From Deferribacterales bacterium (GTDB lineage Bacteria > Chrysiogenota > Deferribacteres > Deferribacterales > Geovibrionaceae), in contig JBFWJS010000005.1 in NCBI GenBank assembly GCA_050253075.1, positions 83,237 through 147,236 of the forward strand: 64,000 bases of DNA, read 5' to 3'. The notes beneath the pieces are model-generated. The model saw only the letters and a program-made list of their open reading frames with translations. It did not search any database and had not been told where the DNA came from. Shown here in pieces: positions 60,781-64,000 of the stretch. A program made the position numbers and the translations under genes. How positions within the stretch are numbered: the stretch's first letter is position 1; each line of letters opens with the position of its first letter.

Positions 60781-62226
60781 CTATACCTCCAGATACTTTC
60801 TCACTTCTTCTCTGTCGTCGAAGTGAATTTTCTCCTTACCGAGAACCATATAGTCCTCATGGCCTTTACCCGCTATCAGCACTATGTCCTTTGGCTCTGC
60901 CATCTCCACAGCCTGCTTGATAGCTTTCATACGATCGGGGCAGATGATAACGCTTTCTGCGTTTTCGAATCCTGCGATGATGTCTTCGATTATCTGCTGA
61001 GGATCTTCTGTCCTCGGGTTATCGCTGGTAACTATAACAACATCCGATCCGCTTTCGGCGGACTTTGCCATCCGTGGCCTCTTTGACCTGTCCCTATCCC
61101 CGCCGCAGCCGAACACTGTGATCAGCCTGTTTTCTTTAAAGCTGCAGAGTGCATCTACAACATTTCTCAGGGCGTCGTCAGTGTGGGCGTAGTCTACAAA
61201 TATATATGCTCCGTTAGCCTTCTCGAATTTCTCGAGCCTGCCCGGCACATTTTTCAGATTTTCGATACCTTTTACGATGTCGTCTCCGTCCACACCCAGC
61301 ATGATGCATCCCGCAGCAGCAGCCATAAGGTTCTCCAGATTGTGCAGACCGACTAGGTCGGACTTTATCTCGAGAGCACCGGAAGGGCAGACAAACTTTG
61401 CTTTCAGCCCGCTAAGGCCGAACCATATCTCCTCTGCGGTGATGTCAGATTTCGGAGTGAGTCCGTAGGACACTTTATCTATCTCAGCTTCTTTAAAGAG
61501 CTTTGCTCCATAGTCGTTATCTTTGCCTATCACGCCGACCTTGCAGTATTCCGGTGTGAAGAGTATCTTTTTCGCTTCGTAGTATTCGTCCATTGTCTTG
61601 TGATAGTCGAGGTGGTCGCCCGATATGTTTGTGAATATCGCCACGTCGAAGACAACGCCGTTTACCCTGTGCTGATGCAGAGCGTGTGAGGATACCTCCA
61701 TGATGAGGGTATCGCAGCCCGCCTTTTTAGCATCTGCCAGTATTTTAAAGAATTCATATGTAGGCGGTGTGGTACTGTTCAGGTCGATCAGCTTGTCAGC
61801 GTATCTGATACCTGTCGTGCCGACCACCACAGGCTTTTTACCAGCCTGTTTCACGATGGATTCTATGATATATGTTGTGGTTGTTTTGCCGTTTGTACCT
61901 GTCACGGCAATGCATTCCATAGCTTCGTCCGGTCTGCCGAAGAAGTTTCTGCAGGCTCTGGCGACGGCTCTTCTTCCGTCTTCCACGATGACTGTAGGCA
62001 CACCTTCGATCTTTTCCTCTGCGACGACAAACGGTACTTTTCCGCTGGCGAACACATCGGCAGCAAACTGGGTTGAATCCACGGCAGCACCCTTAAACGC
62101 AAAGAACGGAGACCTGTTTTTCAGGTTTCTGCTGTCAATATTGATATCTTTCACATCTGTTTCGAAATCTACATCAAGATCGAAACCCTTGATGGAAAGT
62201 CCGTCAAGAAGCTGGGAGACTTTCAT
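60781..62226 (-). CDS. murE: UDP-MurNAc-dipeptide--meso-DAP ligase
   Basis: TGTNGKTTT, MEVSSH, DYAHT, DNPR (DAP-specific), AGKGHE. Confidence 0.97.
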   Translation of the reverse strand: MKVSQLLDGLSIKGFDLDVDFETDVKDINIDSRNLKNRSPFFAFKGAAVDSTQFAADVFASGKVPFVVAEEKIEGVPTVIVEDGRRAVARACRNFFGRPDEAMECIAVTGTNGKTTTTYIIESIVKQAGKKPVVVGTTGIRYADKLIDLNSTTPPTYEFFKILADAKKAGCDTLIMEVSSHALHQHRVNGVVFDVAIFTNISGDHLDYHKTMDEYYEAKKILFTPEYCKVGVIGKDNDYGAKLFKEAEIDKVSYGLTPKSDITAEEIWFGLSGLKAKFVCPSGALEIKSDLVGLHNLENLMAAAAGCIMLGVDGDDIVKGIENLKNVPGRLEKFEKANGAYIFVDYAHTDDALRNVVDALCSFKENRLITVFGCGGDRDRSKRPRMAKSAESGSDVVIVTSDNPRTEDPQQIIEDIIAGFENAESVIICPDRMKAIKQAVEMAEPKDIVLIAGKGHEDYMVLGKEKIHFDDREEVRKYLEV

Positions 62227-63892
62227 ATACATAGCTCCTTTTTAATCCAAGCTGCATTGACAGCTGTTCTGCCAGAGTCTTAAAAGTGTGGGCCGCTGTA
62301 GAACCGCCGTATATCGACTTTTTAGGTTCCTGATAGACCACCAGCATAGCTATCCTCGGATTATCAGCAGGGAAAACCCCTGCAAAACTCGCAACATACT
62401 CTTTCTTACTGTATGTTCCTGTTTCACTATCTATCCTTTGTCCTGTCCCTGTCTTTCCGGCTATAGGCACAAAGGATGACTGCGCATTGCTTCCTGTTCC
62501 GTCTGTTACGACATCGGACAGTAATGACTGCAACGCTTTTGCTGTTTCTTCAGAAAAGATCCTTTTCTGTACATATTTCGGTCTGTATATATTTCCGCCG
62601 TTTTCGACTTTGCTCACTATTTTAGGGTTCACCAGTCTGCCGCCGTTGGCGATGGCAGAGTAAAAACGCACCATCTGCAGCGGAGTGACCATCACTTCCT
62701 GCCCGATGGATATCGAAGGTTTGCTGAGTCCTGACCACTGCTCTGTCGATCTGAGGATGCCCTCTTCTTCGCCCAGTCCTGATACGCCTGTCTTCTCGCC
62801 AAATCCTGCTTCTTTCATGTATTGATAGAATTCCTTTTTTGTCACTTTGTCGGACAGCTTCATTGTGCCTATGTTGCTGGAGTGCAGCATGACCTGTCTG
62901 GCTGTCAGTATCTGAAACGGGTGAACATCCTTCACCACGTGGTCGTACAGCTTATACTTACCGTTTTCACAGTTGACCATCTCTCTCATGTTCAGATTAT
63001 GCTTATCCATAAGCAGAGAAAAAAGCACAGGCTTGAATATGGAGCCCGGCTCGTATAGATATCCCGCAGGATAGTTTTTCCATTCAGAACGGCTGTATTT
63101 GCCGTATTCGTTCGGGTCAAAGCCTCCGGAGGACGCCGCAAAAATTATATCCCCAGTGTATGCATCCATGGCAACTGCGATTCCCCTCTTGGCCATGAAT
63201 TTCTCGGTGTCCTCTCGGAGCACTTCTTCGCTTAGACCCTGTAGGTATTTGTCTATCGTCAGATAGAGCTGTGTATCTATTTCTTTTTCTTTTCTGGTAT
63301 CTTCGAAAACGATGCGCTTGCCTTTGTTATCCTTCAGGCTGAGCAGCTGGAGCTTATGCCCCTGCAGTATCTTTTCGTATCTGTTTTCCAGTCCGCCGAG
63401 ACCTTTGTTATCCGTACCGGTGAAGCCCACGATTGACGCAGCCAGCTTTCTCTCTGGATAAAGTCTCTGCTCTTCCAGCAGATATTCCACATTCGGGATC
63501 TGCTTCTGTATCTTTTCCGCCTGATCTATGTCTATGTTCCTTTCGATCCAGACGAATCCGTCGTTTTTCAGTATGCGTGTGATGGTATTCTTAGAGAGCT
63601 TCAGACCTGCATTCTGGAGCTTTCTAACGAACACCTTCCTGTCGTTTATCTCACTGGCGAAGACATAGAGGGATGCGGACTTCTTATTCAGTGCGAGCGG
63701 GTCTCCGTTCACATCGAGAATGAATCCTCTGCCCCTTGTGCTCTCTATGACGCCCTTTGCTTGATTGCCCGCAAACTCAGTGAAAAAGTCCCCCTGCCAT
63801 AATTGAAGATAGGCGATCCTGGCAACCAGAACGCCTAAAGCAAGGAAAGCTAACAAACTGAAGAAGTTTATGCGGGATCTGTCATTTGACAT
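62204..63892 (-). CDS. ftsI: Class B penicillin-binding protein FtsI/PBP3
   Basis: EPGSIFK (SxxK), SSN, GKTGT; start re-called to MSNDR. Confidence 0.93.
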   Translation of the reverse strand: MSNDRSRINFFSLLAFLALGVLVARIAYLQLWQGDFFTEFAGNQAKGVIESTRGRGFILDVNGDPLALNKKSASLYVFASEINDRKVFVRKLQNAGLKLSKNTITRILKNDGFVWIERNIDIDQAEKIQKQIPNVEYLLEEQRLYPERKLAASIVGFTGTDNKGLGGLENRYEKILQGHKLQLLSLKDNKGKRIVFEDTRKEKEIDTQLYLTIDKYLQGLSEEVLREDTEKFMAKRGIAVAMDAYTGDIIFAASSGGFDPNEYGKYSRSEWKNYPAGYLYEPGSIFKPVLFSLLMDKHNLNMREMVNCENGKYKLYDHVVKDVHPFQILTARQVMLHSSNIGTMKLSDKVTKKEFYQYMKEAGFGEKTGVSGLGEEEGILRSTEQWSGLSKPSISIGQEVMVTPLQMVRFYSAIANGGRLVNPKIVSKVENGGNIYRPKYVQKRIFSEETAKALQSLLSDVVTDGTGSNAQSSFVPIAGKTGTGQRIDSETGTYSKKEYVASFAGVFPADNPRIAMLVVYQEPKKSIYGGSTAAHTFKTLAEQLSMQLGLKRSYVYESLPAS

Positions 63893-64000
63893 AAAACGTC
63901 CTTCGCACATCCGGCAAACTCAGCCCGAGTTCTTTTGCCTTTCTGTATAGGTTCTCTGTATCATATTCTCTGGATTTCTTATCCAGCATGCTCAGATAGC
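63882..64000 (-). CDS. ftsL: FtsL-like protein, C-terminal fragment (truncated by the window edge)
   Basis: Hand translation ...YDTENLYRKAKELGLSLPDVRRTFYVK*; overlaps the ftsI start. Confidence 0.6.
   Translation of the reverse strand, partial: YLSMLDKKSREYDTENLYRKAKELGLSLPDVRRTFYVK

Overview
Chromosomal window of an anaerobic Gram-negative bacterium. Gene content and style suggest Deferribacterota (Denitrovibrio/Seleniivibrio-like); this is an inference. Housekeeping blocks are a complete Na+-NQR operon (nqrABCDEF plus an nqrM-like ORF), aconitase, a CBS-type pyrophosphatase, tRNA-Ala(GGC) and the dcw cluster (ftsL' to ftsZ, murB absent). Between them lie many signalling genes (orphan kinases, GGDEF/EAL proteins, an MCP, a CheC-kinase-receiver cassette) and two large acidic lipoproteins. 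Main leads: (1) a catalytically dead 5'-nucleotidase homologue in an operon with an intact membrane diguanylate cyclase, a candidate nucleotide-sensing receptor system; (2) a permease-less cytoplasmic SBP/G3E-GTPase/ABC-ATPase/YgbA operon that shares a CRP/FNR-type promoter with a distant methyltransferase; (3) a ten-copy TTTACA(T/C) array upstream of an atypical Fic-HTH gene; (4) a GTCATTGCG..CGCAATGAC palindromic repeat family inside the dcw operon, with a 42-bp duplication of the ddl 3' end and covarying GGA-loop hairpins; (5) a signal-less ModA homologue under a ModE-type box. No integrase, transposase, CRISPR array or rRNA was seen.
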